64,000 nucleotides of DNA from NCBI GenBank assembly GCA_039938515.1, contig JBDUUL010000001.1:107760-171759 (forward strand), read 5' to 3'. Shown here piece after piece: positions 9,679 to 17,825 of this stretch (the first letter of the stretch is position 1; every line of letters begins with the position of its first letter). Source of the stretch: Nitrososphaera sp. (GTDB lineage: Archaea; Thermoproteota; Nitrososphaeria; Nitrososphaerales; Nitrososphaeraceae). The notes beneath the pieces are model-generated. The model made no database searches, had not been told where the DNA came from, and worked only from the letters and a program-made list of their open reading frames with translations. Made by a program: the position numbers and the translations under genes.

Positions 9679-9712
9679 GTGGCATCGCTGTTTTTTAAAC
9701 TCGGTATGCCAC
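9679..9712 (+). terminator. hairpin with T6 in the loop, downstream of the micro-ORF
   Basis: GTGGCAT (9679-9685) pairs with ATGCCAC (9706-9712), with tttttt at 9691-9696. It lies between convergent transcription units. Confidence 0.25.
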
Positions 9713-9785
9713 CTTTCACATTTATTTCACCCAGAAAAGTTATGCACGTATTTTAACTCAAGTTCACGCAGATTCAGTTTCGTAA

Positions 9786-10727
9786 TCAGTAAATCAAATC
9801 TGAACTTAGTCGCAGCATTTCTTTGTCTGACAAAAAGAAACACTCATCGATGCCCCTCTGCGTTGCCAGTTCAAGCACAACAAGCTGTGCCGTAAAGACT
9901 GCAATTAGGGCCGATTCAAGCGCATTGACCCCTGAACAGTCTGAAAAGACGGCTGACATGCCAATTTTCCTTAAGCGCTTTGATAGCCGATCCCCTTCCT
10001 TTGTGGTGTCAATGCAAATTACCGCATCATTGCTCTTGACACTGAACAGTGGCGCGTGGGTAAACTCTCTTGTATCGTAGGCAAAGGCCTTTTCGCCGAG
10101 AATCTCGTTTACCTTCAGAGCCCCGTACAAGGCAACAGGATATGTTATGGAATCGCCCAAGAAGTAGAAGCAACTCCATTCCTGTGAGCCCAGCAAATTT
10201 ATGATCCGCCCTGCGCGCTTCTTCGCCTTGCCGAACAGCGCCTCTGGTATCGGAGGCAACGTTAGCGGCGCGCACAGGGCGGAACACTTTAGGAATGTGG
10301 TTAGAAAACTAAGCGTGCCGGCTGTGGGTACCTTCTGTCTGCCCTCAGTCTCCAACTCTATCGACCTGCCGCATGCTTTTGCAAGCGGGCTTGAGGGATC
10401 GGAAGTGACGGCTGTCACCTTGAATCCCTGCGACTTTAACATCTTGGCTGTCAGGATGTTGTCTTTGGTTTTTCCAGAAACCGATGCGATAAACACGGGG
10501 CTGCGCTTGTCAAGCGCCGCAGATTCGGCGAGCGTCATAGCCTGCGAGGGAACCAGAGCCTGGGAATGGCCCCCGCAAACGGCGACGGCCAGAAGACATG
10601 CTGCATATGAATCGCCAGAGCCAATGAAGACGGGATGCCTTGCGGGCTTTGGAAGCAGAATATTGCCAAGCCGCGCGGTTTGCGCAGCCATCTCGCTTTT
10701 GAGTGAGTTGATGGAGCCTGCGGCCAC
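9786..10727 (-). CDS. SIS-domain phosphosugar isomerase/binding protein
   Basis: 313 aa. FIGSGDSYAACLLA and FIASVSGKTKDNILTAKMLKSQGFKVTAVTSD are typical SIS motifs. A second SIS-like half follows. Confidence 0.8.
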   Translation of the reverse strand: MAAGSINSLKSEMAAQTARLGNILLPKPARHPVFIGSGDSYAACLLAVAVCGGHSQALVPSQAMTLAESAALDKRSPVFIASVSGKTKDNILTAKMLKSQGFKVTAVTSDPSSPLAKACGRSIELETEGRQKVPTAGTLSFLTTFLKCSALCAPLTLPPIPEALFGKAKKRAGRIINLLGSQEWSCFYFLGDSITYPVALYGALKVNEILGEKAFAYDTREFTHAPLFSVKSNDAVICIDTTKEGDRLSKRLRKIGMSAVFSDCSGVNALESALIAVFTAQLVVLELATQRGIDECFFLSDKEMLRLSSDLIY

Positions 10728-10763
10728 GCTTGAAGCCTAACTGACTGACAAACTAAGGCAAAG

Positions 10764-11027
10764 TCACTTGGACTTCGCGGCCTTTTCGCCCTGGCCTTCG
10801 ATAACTATCATGGTGAGAGTTGACCTCACTTTGTCTATGCGGCGCACATGCCAGGTTATTGTCTCCCTCAATTTATCCATCGAGTCGGACCTTATTTTCG
10901 CAATGATATCGTACACGCCATAGACGCCGGAAACTTCAACAGCTTCTGGCAGCTTTTTCAACTCCTTGATTATCTCTTCTTCAGAGCCTAGGTCGCAGTT
11001 GATAAGGACGTACGCCGTGGGCATCAA
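10764..11027 (-). CDS. stand-alone Lrp/AsnC ligand-binding (RAM) domain protein
   Basis: 87 aa. AYVLINCDLGSEEEIIKELKKLPEAVEVSGVYGVYDIIAKI has the ferredoxin-like AsnC C-terminal domain pattern. No HTH is present. Confidence 0.8.
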   Translation of the reverse strand: MMPTAYVLINCDLGSEEEIIKELKKLPEAVEVSGVYGVYDIIAKIRSDSMDKLRETITWHVRRIDKVRSTLTMIVIEGQGEKAAKSK

Positions 11028-11072
11028 ACCAACTGGGATCTGTTATATTATTAAACGCATCGCCCTTGGCGG

Positions 11073-12050
11073 TCAAAACTTTTCCTTCGAAATTTTTCTG
11101 GCCCTTATGTAGTCGACAAAGTAAAACAGGTACGAACGTTCATTGATCTTTAGCACCCACGGGATAAAAGACTCTGTCTTGGACGTCTTTTCATAGATTT
11201 CAAAACCGTTGCGTTCAAGATATTCTCTGAATGTGCTGCCATCAAAGCCCTCCTTTGCATGCGGTTCCCTTCCGAAGTCATAGGGGTCAGCAATACCCGC
11301 ATCGGAGTGTGGCTTTAGCATCCTGTGAATTGACGCAAGAAGCGACTTTACGTCTACGAGCTCGAGCAAGTTTATTGCCAGTACAAGGTCGAACTTTGAC
11401 GGGAAGAAGGGCGGCAAGAGCGCGTCTGCCACGCAGAACTCCACATTGCCTCTCTGTGCCTCAAACATCTTCCTTCTTGCTTCCAGGATGAAGGAATAGG
11501 AGCTATCGATGCCTATGGCAAAGGCATACTTTTGCGAGAGCAAAAGAGTGCTGTAGCCCATTGAACACGCAAGGTCAAGAGCGATGCCGTCCATCCTCGG
11601 CGTGATTGAATGGATTACTCTGTTGTAGACTTCGTTGGGCTTGAGGTGCCATCTCAGGCTTTTCAAAAGCCTGTCCTCCTCTGAATGCTCGTACTGCACC
11701 CACCTGTATGGTTGAAACCAGCTGCCGCCCTCCTCGTACCTGTCGTTTGATACTTCACTTGATGCGACCTTAGATCCGCTGTCTCGCAAGAACTGCTTCA
11801 TTTCAGGAGATTGGCATTCAAGGAGCCATCGGCCGTATGTGCGCGCTCTTCCCGACGCGTAATCCTGGAATTCCTTGACCATGATGGCAACGCCCGCGAT
11901 AATGGGATATGCGCGGCCGCAATCGCCGCATCTGAGGAACCCTTCAATGCATTCGTTCGAGCCGCTCATGACCAGCGACTCAAGTGAAAGCCGGGGCTGC
12001 TTCTCCTGGTGATTTATGCATACGAGGTGATTTGCGAATTGTATTTTCAT
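11073..12050 (-). CDS. Trm112-like zinc-ribbon fused to a class I SAM methyltransferase
   Basis: 325 aa. N-terminal [20 protein letters not shown] is a Trm112-type ribbon. [12 protein letters not shown] is motif I. Confidence 0.8.
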   Translation of the reverse strand: MKIQFANHLVCINHQEKQPRLSLESLVMSGSNECIEGFLRCGDCGRAYPIIAGVAIMVKEFQDYASGRARTYGRWLLECQSPEMKQFLRDSGSKVASSEVSNDRYEEGGSWFQPYRWVQYEHSEEDRLLKSLRWHLKPNEVYNRVIHSITPRMDGIALDLACSMGYSTLLLSQKYAFAIGIDSSYSFILEARRKMFEAQRGNVEFCVADALLPPFFPSKFDLVLAINLLELVDVKSLLASIHRMLKPHSDAGIADPYDFGREPHAKEGFDGSTFREYLERNGFEIYEKTSKTESFIPWVLKINERSYLFYFVDYIRARKISKEKF

Positions 12051-12089
12051 CTGTCTAGTTGTCTATGTCTTGCTGTACATATAAACAAA

Positions 12090-12590
12090 CTAGAGCAGGC
12101 CGTCTTCGTGCAGCTGGTCCAGCAGCGGCCTGAGGAACTCCGCAATTTCTTTCTCTCCAAGGGCGAAACTTCCGGAAATCCCGATGGCGGTGGAAAGCAT
12201 ATTCCTGTCCTCCCGGGCCGTATGGGCCCCCGCACCAACGATTGAAAACTTGGTGGAATTTTTCTGTAGCCACGACAGCCAAGTTTGAGCCCTTTCTTGG
12301 CATGACTTTAGCGAACCGACCACGTCCTGGATGCCAAGGGCAGTTTCGCTGTCCAAGAGGTTAAGTCGCAGCATTGGAACAAGCAAAGTGCCTCCCTCCG
12401 TGAGCACTGCGTGCGATTTGTTCAATTCCTCAATCGCTTCGTCCTGCTGCTCCTCCGGCTCTATCTGTCCGTAATGGGGGAAAAAATACCCTGCGAGCTG
12501 CTTGTTCCAGTCGTAAACCTTGTACAGTGAGTTGTCATACTCCGTCTTCCATGCGGATTTGTCTTTTCGTCGCAGCACAGCAGCCAGCAT
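12090..12590 (-). CDS. hypothetical protein
   Basis: 166-aa ORF upstream of and co-oriented with the methyltransferase. No motif recognised. Confidence 0.5.
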   Translation of the reverse strand: MLAAVLRRKDKSAWKTEYDNSLYKVYDWNKQLAGYFFPHYGQIEPEEQQDEAIEELNKSHAVLTEGGTLLVPMLRLNLLDSETALGIQDVVGSLKSCQERAQTWLSWLQKNSTKFSIVGAGAHTAREDRNMLSTAIGISGSFALGEKEIAEFLRPLLDQLHEDGLL

Positions 12591-12656
12591 GCATATGATT
12601 ATTCCATATTTTACTTATCGCAGCATATTTTGCCGTGCTCTGGCGTGACCGTTCAC

Positions 12657-12666
12657 TTAAAATTAT
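12657..12666 (+). promoter_or_regulatory. TATA-like box for albA
   Basis: ttaaaattat lies about 21 nt upstream of ATG 12687. Confidence 0.4.
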
Positions 12667-12686
12667 CCTGCAGCGCACTCTGTCTA

Positions 12687-13013
12687 ATGTCTGAAGCACA
12701 AACACCATCTCACACGCAGGAGACCCCACAGCGCCGGGAGGGTCCACACGACACAATCTACATCGGCAAAAAGCCACTAATGACCTATGTGACATCGACG
12801 CTCATACAGCTTGCAAACCAACCCACCGTCACAATTAAGGCAAGAGGGCTGAGCATAGGCAGAGCCGTAGACGTATCGCAGATTACTCTGAAGAGAATGG
12901 AAAGTGCCGGGTACAAGATTGGCGACGTAAGAATCGGCTCTGAAACCGTCCAGTCGGAAGACGGCCGGACAAGAAACGTTTCAACCATTGAAATCGAGAT
13001 AAAGAGGGGCTAA
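12687..13013 (+). CDS. albA: Alba DNA/RNA-binding chromatin protein
   Basis: IYIGKKPLMTYVTSTLIQLANQPTVTIKARGLSIGRAVDVSQI...VSTIEIEIKR is the canonical Alba pattern. I chose the internal ATG at 12687 because ttaaaattat (12657-12666) lies about 21 nt upstream. The track ORF starts at 12630. Confidence 0.9.
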   Translation: MSEAQTPSHTQETPQRREGPHDTIYIGKKPLMTYVTSTLIQLANQPTVTIKARGLSIGRAVDVSQITLKRMESAGYKIGDVRIGSETVQSEDGRTRNVSTIEIEIKRG

Positions 13014-13105
13014 GGCTTCTTCTTTACGCTTTTTCTTCCCCCAACAACACTCCGTTATTATTATTAGTACGTCGATTGCTCGCATAAACAGTCGCGAGCC
13101 TACCA

Positions 13106-13723
13106 ATGAGCGATTTTGCGGCGCTGTACCTTGCCCATCTCAACCCCATGACGCTCGCGCACGAGACCATAATCGAGAAACTTCGTAAGGATTTCGTGGT
13201 GTACGTTTTTCCTGTGCGCTTTGTGAAGGACGGAAAGGAAGTCAACACCCGTTCTTTCCCTTTCAGTTATGAGCTCCGAAAAAGAATGGTCGAGTCAGTG
13301 TTTGGAAATTCGGTCCAGGTATTGCCCGATTACACATTTGAATCCCCATACTCGCAGTACCTGCCACCCCTGCTTTCAAGCCATTCATGGAAGCTCCGCA
13401 ACAAGATTGCTTCAAAGGTAAAGGAGAAAAGGTTCGTATCCTACACCGGAGACAGGGTCGAACGGGCCATGTTGCGGGCCTATCGACTGCATCCTATGAA
13501 GGCAGACAGGCTAGATATTTCGGCCACCTCGGTTCGTGAACAGATGTACATGCAATGCCAGAATGGACAGGCTAACGGGGACTGGAGAAGCCTTGTTCCG
13601 CAAAGCGTTGCACAAGTGATAGATGAAAACTGGTCCGTGGTCGGCGCCTTTAGCAAAGAGCGGGACAGGACAAAGCGCGTTCTTGGTATGAAATTTCCAG
13701 TAGACGGGTACGACCGAAACTAA
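13106..13723 (+). CDS. cytidylyl/adenylyltransferase-superfamily nucleotidyltransferase
   Basis: 205 aa. The N-terminal AHLNPMTLAH resembles the (H/T)xGH motif. DISATSVREQ resembles the ISSTxxR motif. Substrate unknown. Confidence 0.6.
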   Translation: MSDFAALYLAHLNPMTLAHETIIEKLRKDFVVYVFPVRFVKDGKEVNTRSFPFSYELRKRMVESVFGNSVQVLPDYTFESPYSQYLPPLLSSHSWKLRNKIASKVKEKRFVSYTGDRVERAMLRAYRLHPMKADRLDISATSVREQMYMQCQNGQANGDWRSLVPQSVAQVIDENWSVVGAFSKERDRTKRVLGMKFPVDGYDRN

Positions 13724-13744
13724 TTTACCGTACTGATAGTAGAC

Positions 13745-13752
13745 TTTTATAA
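13745..13752 (+). promoter_or_regulatory. TATA-like box for ilvE
   Basis: ttttataa lies 26 nt upstream of ATG 13778. Confidence 0.4.
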
Positions 13753-13777
13753 GCCCCCGCCAAATTTGCCAAGAGGC

Positions 13778-14695
13778 ATGAAAGACAAGGGGGGCGAGTT
13801 TGTCTGGTTTGACGGAAAACTCGTCAAGTGGCACGAGGCCACTGTCCCTGTGATGACACATGCGCTGCACTACGGAACGGCGGTGTTTGAGGGCATACGG
13901 GGATATGCCACTGAAAGCAACGTTTACGTATTCAGGTTGCTCGAGCACATTAAGAGGCTTCATCGCTCGGCTGCGGTCTATTCTTTTTCGCTTCCATTCT
14001 CCCCAAAGGAACTATCAGAGGCCGTCATTCAAATCCTCCGCGCAAACCAGACCAAGCAGTCCTGCTACATCCGCCCATTGACCTTTGTAGGGACCCACGG
14101 GATTGACCTCAACGTTACGGCCCGGTCGCCAACTCACACCGTTATCATTACGTTTCCATTTGCAAAGTATTTTCCCGCACAAGGCATCAGCGCATGCGTT
14201 TCTTCATGGCGCAGGATAAACGATGCCACTACTCCTCCGCTGGCCAAAGCAGCCGGCAACTATCTAAACTCAATCCTGGCGACCCAAGAGTGCAAGCGCA
14301 ATGGTTATGACGAGTCGATCCTGCTCGATTTGGCTGGCAACGTGAGCGAGGCATCCGGAGAAAATGTCTTTCTTGTACGGGAAGGCAGAGTGTATACGCC
14401 ATGTCTCTCCGACTCTGCACTAGAAGGTATCACGCGAAACACGGCGCTAACAATCCTAAAGGAAGAGGGTATTGAAGTAATAGAACGCCCGATCCCCCGG
14501 ACGGAACTCTACATGGCCGATGAGATATTTCTCACGGGCACCGCAGCTGAAATCGTCCCTGTAAGAAGCATTGACGGACATACAATTGCAAATGGGGTGG
14601 AAGGCGTTGTAACAAAGACCGTCCGGCAGAAGTATGAAGACATTGTGCTCGGCAAGGAGAAGAAGAAAATGGATTGGCTGACAGCCGTTTGGTAG
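13778..14695 (+). CDS. ilvE: branched-chain amino acid aminotransferase (class IV)
   Basis: VWFDGKLVKWHEATVPVMTHALHYGTAVFEGIRGY and ...LFLTGTAAEIVPV are class IV signatures. The ATG at 13778 is 26 nt downstream of ttttataa (13745-13752). The track ORF begins at TTG 13766. Confidence 0.9.
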   Translation: MKDKGGEFVWFDGKLVKWHEATVPVMTHALHYGTAVFEGIRGYATESNVYVFRLLEHIKRLHRSAAVYSFSLPFSPKELSEAVIQILRANQTKQSCYIRPLTFVGTHGIDLNVTARSPTHTVIITFPFAKYFPAQGISACVSSWRRINDATTPPLAKAAGNYLNSILATQECKRNGYDESILLDLAGNVSEASGENVFLVREGRVYTPCLSDSALEGITRNTALTILKEEGIEVIERPIPRTELYMADEIFLTGTAAEIVPVRSIDGHTIANGVEGVVTKTVRQKYEDIVLGKEKKKMDWLTAVW

Positions 14696-15654
14696 AAAAA
14701 AATGCAGGTAATGGCGCTGTACGCATCGCGGTAATTGGAGTCGGAGGCTGGGGAAAGAATCATGTGCGCGTACTCAACGAGCTCGGGGTTCTTGCCGCTG
14801 TCTGCGACCTTGACGCCTCACGATCAGCCGAGATGGGCAGGCGCTACAGCACCGCCAGCTACTCATCGCCGGACGAAATGTTCTCAAAGGAAAAACTTGA
14901 CGGATGTCTGGTCTGTACACCAACCAAGACACATGCGTCGGTAGCAATGAAGGCAATGGAGCATGGGATAAACACCTTTGTCGAAAAGCCCTTATCGTTT
15001 TCTTCAAAAGAGTGCGAGCAAATGCTTGAGGCGTCGAAGAAGAACAACACTCTACTGACATCGGGTTACGTTGAACGCTTCAATCCTGCCATCACCGACA
15101 CAAAAAAGCTAATCGAGGGTAAAATCTATGGCGAGCCAATCATGATAGAATATCACCGCGAAAACAGGATGCCCCTTCACATTAAAGACGTGGGAATCGT
15201 GTATGACACCTCAGTTCACGACATCGACTCTGCAATGTTCTTGTTCGGCGAGAGGCCGACCGTTGTTTTTGCCAGAGCGGGCAAGCGGGTACATGTTTAC
15301 GAGGACTTTGCCACAATCATGCTGGGCTTTGAAAACCAAAAAGTAGCCGTCATTGCCTCAAACTGGCTTACGCCAAAGAAAGTCAGAACGTTTAGCGCGG
15401 TTTGCACGGACGGCATTATCACCGGCGATTTCATAACCCAGGAAGTCGTGATCGACCACAACGAAGCGACAATCACTCCTAGGCGGCAGTTTCAAGAACC
15501 GCTCACACTTGAACTCCGAAATTTTGTAGAGGCAATAGGGCATAAATCGAGGCTGCTTGTGACGGCCGAGGACGCGACCAATGTTACAAAAGTTGCAGAG
15601 GCCGCGCTACTTTCAAGCAACACCGGCTCGCCGGTGTATCTAGATTTGAAGTAA
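14674..15654 (+). CDS. Gfo/Idh/MocA-family NAD(P) oxidoreductase (sugar-nucleotide dehydrogenase-like)
   Basis: 326 aa. RIAVIGVGGWGKNH is the Rossmann motif and VEKPL is the family motif. The first codons overlap the ilvE end, so the exact start is uncertain. Confidence 0.85.
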   Translation: MADSRLVEKNAGNGAVRIAVIGVGGWGKNHVRVLNELGVLAAVCDLDASRSAEMGRRYSTASYSSPDEMFSKEKLDGCLVCTPTKTHASVAMKAMEHGINTFVEKPLSFSSKECEQMLEASKKNNTLLTSGYVERFNPAITDTKKLIEGKIYGEPIMIEYHRENRMPLHIKDVGIVYDTSVHDIDSAMFLFGERPTVVFARAGKRVHVYEDFATIMLGFENQKVAVIASNWLTPKKVRTFSAVCTDGIITGDFITQEVVIDHNEATITPRRQFQEPLTLELRNFVEAIGHKSRLLVTAEDATNVTKVAEAALLSSNTGSPVYLDLK

Positions 15655-15660
15655 TGTAAA

Positions 15661-15930
15661 ATGAAGCGTTCGATGCTGGATATACTTGCATGTCCTATGG
15701 ACAAGAAGTATCCTTTAGAGCTTCTCGAGATAGTCTCAGACGGGCAGGAAGTGCAGGACGGCGCTCTTTACTGCCCTCCTTGCGGAAGGTTCTATCCGAT
15801 AATTGATGGCATTCCTATGCTGTTTCCCGACCACCTCCGTGACAGAACCAAGGATCTTGATTTTCTGGCGCAGCGCAGGGGCAAGCTTCCTGACAAAATT
15901 ATAAAACAAGGATCACCGTGGCATCTCTGA
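15661..15930 (+). CDS. Trm112-family small zinc-ribbon protein
   Basis: 89 aa with LDILACPMDK ... LYCPPCGRFYPIIDGIPMLFPD. Confidence 0.8.
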   Translation: MKRSMLDILACPMDKKYPLELLEIVSDGQEVQDGALYCPPCGRFYPIIDGIPMLFPDHLRDRTKDLDFLAQRRGKLPDKIIKQGSPWHL

Positions 15931-16494
15931 ATGAGTTCGAGCGGGCCGCAGGGCAAACAAGACACGAGCAGCCACGGTACAAAAGACGGCAGGGCGAACA
16001 ACTATGTTCCGGCGCCGGGCGTGACGAACTTTGTTTCACCAAGCGCAAGGCTTGGCAAGAACGTCAAAATCTGGCACTTTGCATACGTTGGCAGTGATAC
16101 GGAAATTGGTGACAACGTCTCCATCGGGTCGCTGACCCACATCGACTATAAAGTGAAAATCGGTGACAACACCAGAATCGAGGGCAGCGTATACATCCCG
16201 CCCTTGACTGTAATCGGAAAAAATGTGTTCATCGGCCCGGCAGCCGCATTTACCAACGACCCGTATCCCATGAGCCCAAAAATGATCGGAGTCACCGTTG
16301 AAGACGGGGCCATAATCGGCGGAAGGGCTGTATTTAGGCCTGGTGTCCGAGTCGGCCGGAATAGCGTCGTCGCAATGGCGTCCGTCGTCACCCGAGACGT
16401 CCCTCCAGATACAGTAGTAATGGGCCACCCGGCACGCCCGAAATACAGCAGGTCAGAGTACGACAAGAAGAAGAGGCAGTGGGAAGAGTCCTAG
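15931..16494 (+). CDS. left-handed beta-helix (hexapeptide) acyl/acetyltransferase
   Basis: 187 aa with serial hexapeptide repeats (IGDNVSIG, IGDNTRIE, IGKNVFIG, IIGGRAVF, VGRNSVVA). It starts directly after the Trm112 stop codon. Confidence 0.85.
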   Translation: MSSSGPQGKQDTSSHGTKDGRANNYVPAPGVTNFVSPSARLGKNVKIWHFAYVGSDTEIGDNVSIGSLTHIDYKVKIGDNTRIEGSVYIPPLTVIGKNVFIGPAAAFTNDPYPMSPKMIGVTVEDGAIIGGRAVFRPGVRVGRNSVVAMASVVTRDVPPDTVVMGHPARPKYSRSEYDKKKRQWEES

Positions 16495-17618
16495 CCGCTG
16501 TCCCGATGCGCCTGCCTGCGCGTCAAAAGCTCGCGGTTAACTGTAAAAGCTGAATCTGGCAGTCCTCCGTCCAACACTTTCTCTATGCATGTGACCGCGA
16601 CTTCGGCCATCCTTTCGCGGGTCTCAAATGTAGCGCTACCGATGTGTGGCAGGAGCGTCACGTTGTCTAGTTTGCAAAGCGAGCTTGAGCGGGGAAGCGG
16701 TTCTTTTCGATAGACATCAAGTCCCGCCCCTGCAATCATTCCTGACTTGAGAGCTCTTGCAAGTGCGGGCTCATCAATTAGCTGTCCTCTCGCAGTGTTG
16801 ATAAGGTACGCCGATTTTTTCATCATTTTCAGTCTCGGCATATCAATCACAGGACTTGGCGGCCCTTTGCCATTAGCAACTCTGGCCTCGCCCTCTGAAG
16901 GTGGCGGAGCCGCCAAACTAGCGTGAATAGAGACAAAGTCGCTTTCTGAGAGCAACTCCTCGAGGGTAACATACCTCGCCCCTGTGGCCGCCTCTGCCTC
17001 CGGTTTTCTGTTCCTAGAAGTATAAAGCACCTTCATTGAAAACCCTCTAGCCCTACGTGCCACTGCACTACCGATCCTGCCAAGCCCGATTATTCCAAGC
17101 GTGCGACCAGAAACTGAACCGCCAAGAAGAAGGTCGGGCATCCAGCCAACGCGCCAGCGTCCTGACCTCGTTAGCCGGTCGCCTGAAACAATGTTTCTCG
17201 CTGCCGCAAGAATGAGGGCAAAAGTCAGATCGGCGGTAGCTTCCGCAAGCACGTCTGCAGTATAGGTGACAAGAATGCCGCGGCGAGTCGCTTCCTGTAC
17301 GTCAATGTGATCAAAACCTGTACTGTAAGTACTGATTATCCTCAGACTTTGTCCCGCAGCATCCATTGCTTCGCTGTCCATCTTGTCGGATAGCATGCAA
17401 AGAACGGCGCTCTTGTCCTTGAGCGCTTTTAACAGTTCATTTCTTGATGGGGAGCCCGCGCCATCATGGAGGCGCGTCGGATATTTGGACTGCAGGCGAG
17501 ACAGCCAGGGACCGGGAACTCTTCGTGTCACGTAGACTGATTCGCCATATTGCATGCACCATGTGGCGGGATAAGCAATCTTAATTTCTTTCTGGAAGTC
17601 GGCCAAGCGCGATTCCAT
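16491..17618 (-). CDS. D-isomer-specific 2-hydroxyacid dehydrogenase (glyoxylate/hydroxypyruvate reductase-like)
   Basis: 375 aa with GIIGLGRIGSAVARR (NAD motif), YLINTARG and LLPHIGSAT. It carries a Pro-rich insertion before the YLINTARG segment (see findings). Confidence 0.88.
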   Translation of the reverse strand: MESRLADFQKEIKIAYPATWCMQYGESVYVTRRVPGPWLSRLQSKYPTRLHDGAGSPSRNELLKALKDKSAVLCMLSDKMDSEAMDAAGQSLRIISTYSTGFDHIDVQEATRRGILVTYTADVLAEATADLTFALILAAARNIVSGDRLTRSGRWRVGWMPDLLLGGSVSGRTLGIIGLGRIGSAVARRARGFSMKVLYTSRNRKPEAEAATGARYVTLEELLSESDFVSIHASLAAPPPSEGEARVANGKGPPSPVIDMPRLKMMKKSAYLINTARGQLIDEPALARALKSGMIAGAGLDVYRKEPLPRSSSLCKLDNVTLLPHIGSATFETRERMAEVAVTCIEKVLDGGLPDSAFTVNRELLTRRQAHRDSG

Positions 17619-17670
17619 CGCCTTCTGCTTGATTCGAATTAAGATCTGAGAAGTGGCAATTTGCAGAGAT

Positions 17671-17767
17671 TGGTAGCCCGGCCCAGATTCGAACTGGGGT
17701 CAAGGGCTCCAAAGGCCCCTATGCTTGGCCACTACATTCGGCGGAAAATACGTTCCTCCACCGGGCT
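17671..17767 (-). tRNA. tRNA-Gln(UUG), CCA encoded, with a ~21-nt insertion (putative non-canonical intron) in the D-arm region
   Basis: The reverse complement reads AGCCCGGUGG-AGGAACGUAUUUUCCGCCGAA-UGUAGUGGCCAAGCAUAGGGGCCUUUGGAGCCCUUGACCCCAGUUCGAAUCUGGGCCGGGCUACCA. Acceptor AGCCCGG/CCGGGCU, anticodon arm GGGGC-CUUUGGA-GCCCU and T arm CCCAG-UUCGAAU-CUGGG all fold. Total length is 97 nt, against about 76 expected. Confidence 0.8.
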
Positions 17768-17825
17768 TCCGGGCGTGATCAGCACTTCACTGAGAATCCC
17801 TATTATAATTTATCTAACAGACAGG

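Noticed and set aside
10201-10740. 179-aa plus-strand ORF opposite the SIS-domain gene (and 9823..10080, 10027..10287)
   Set aside because: The SIS motifs are on the minus strand. The plus-strand frame is Ala/Ser/Arg-rich antisense noise.
12009-12303. Short ORFs 12009..12245 (+), 12047..12238 (-) and 12055..12303 (-)
   Set aside because: They are mutually overlapping alternatives around the junction of two minus-strand genes. The 166-aa ORF at 12090..12590 is the most coherent reading.
13511-13963. 150-aa minus-strand ORF spanning the nucleotidyltransferase/ilvE junction
   Set aside because: It overlaps two well-supported plus-strand CDSs and crosses their promoter region.
16036-16466. Minus-strand ORFs opposite the hexapeptide acetyltransferase
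   Set aside because: Repetitive GGN/ATC-rich hexapeptide coding sequence yields open antisense frames. There is no independent support.
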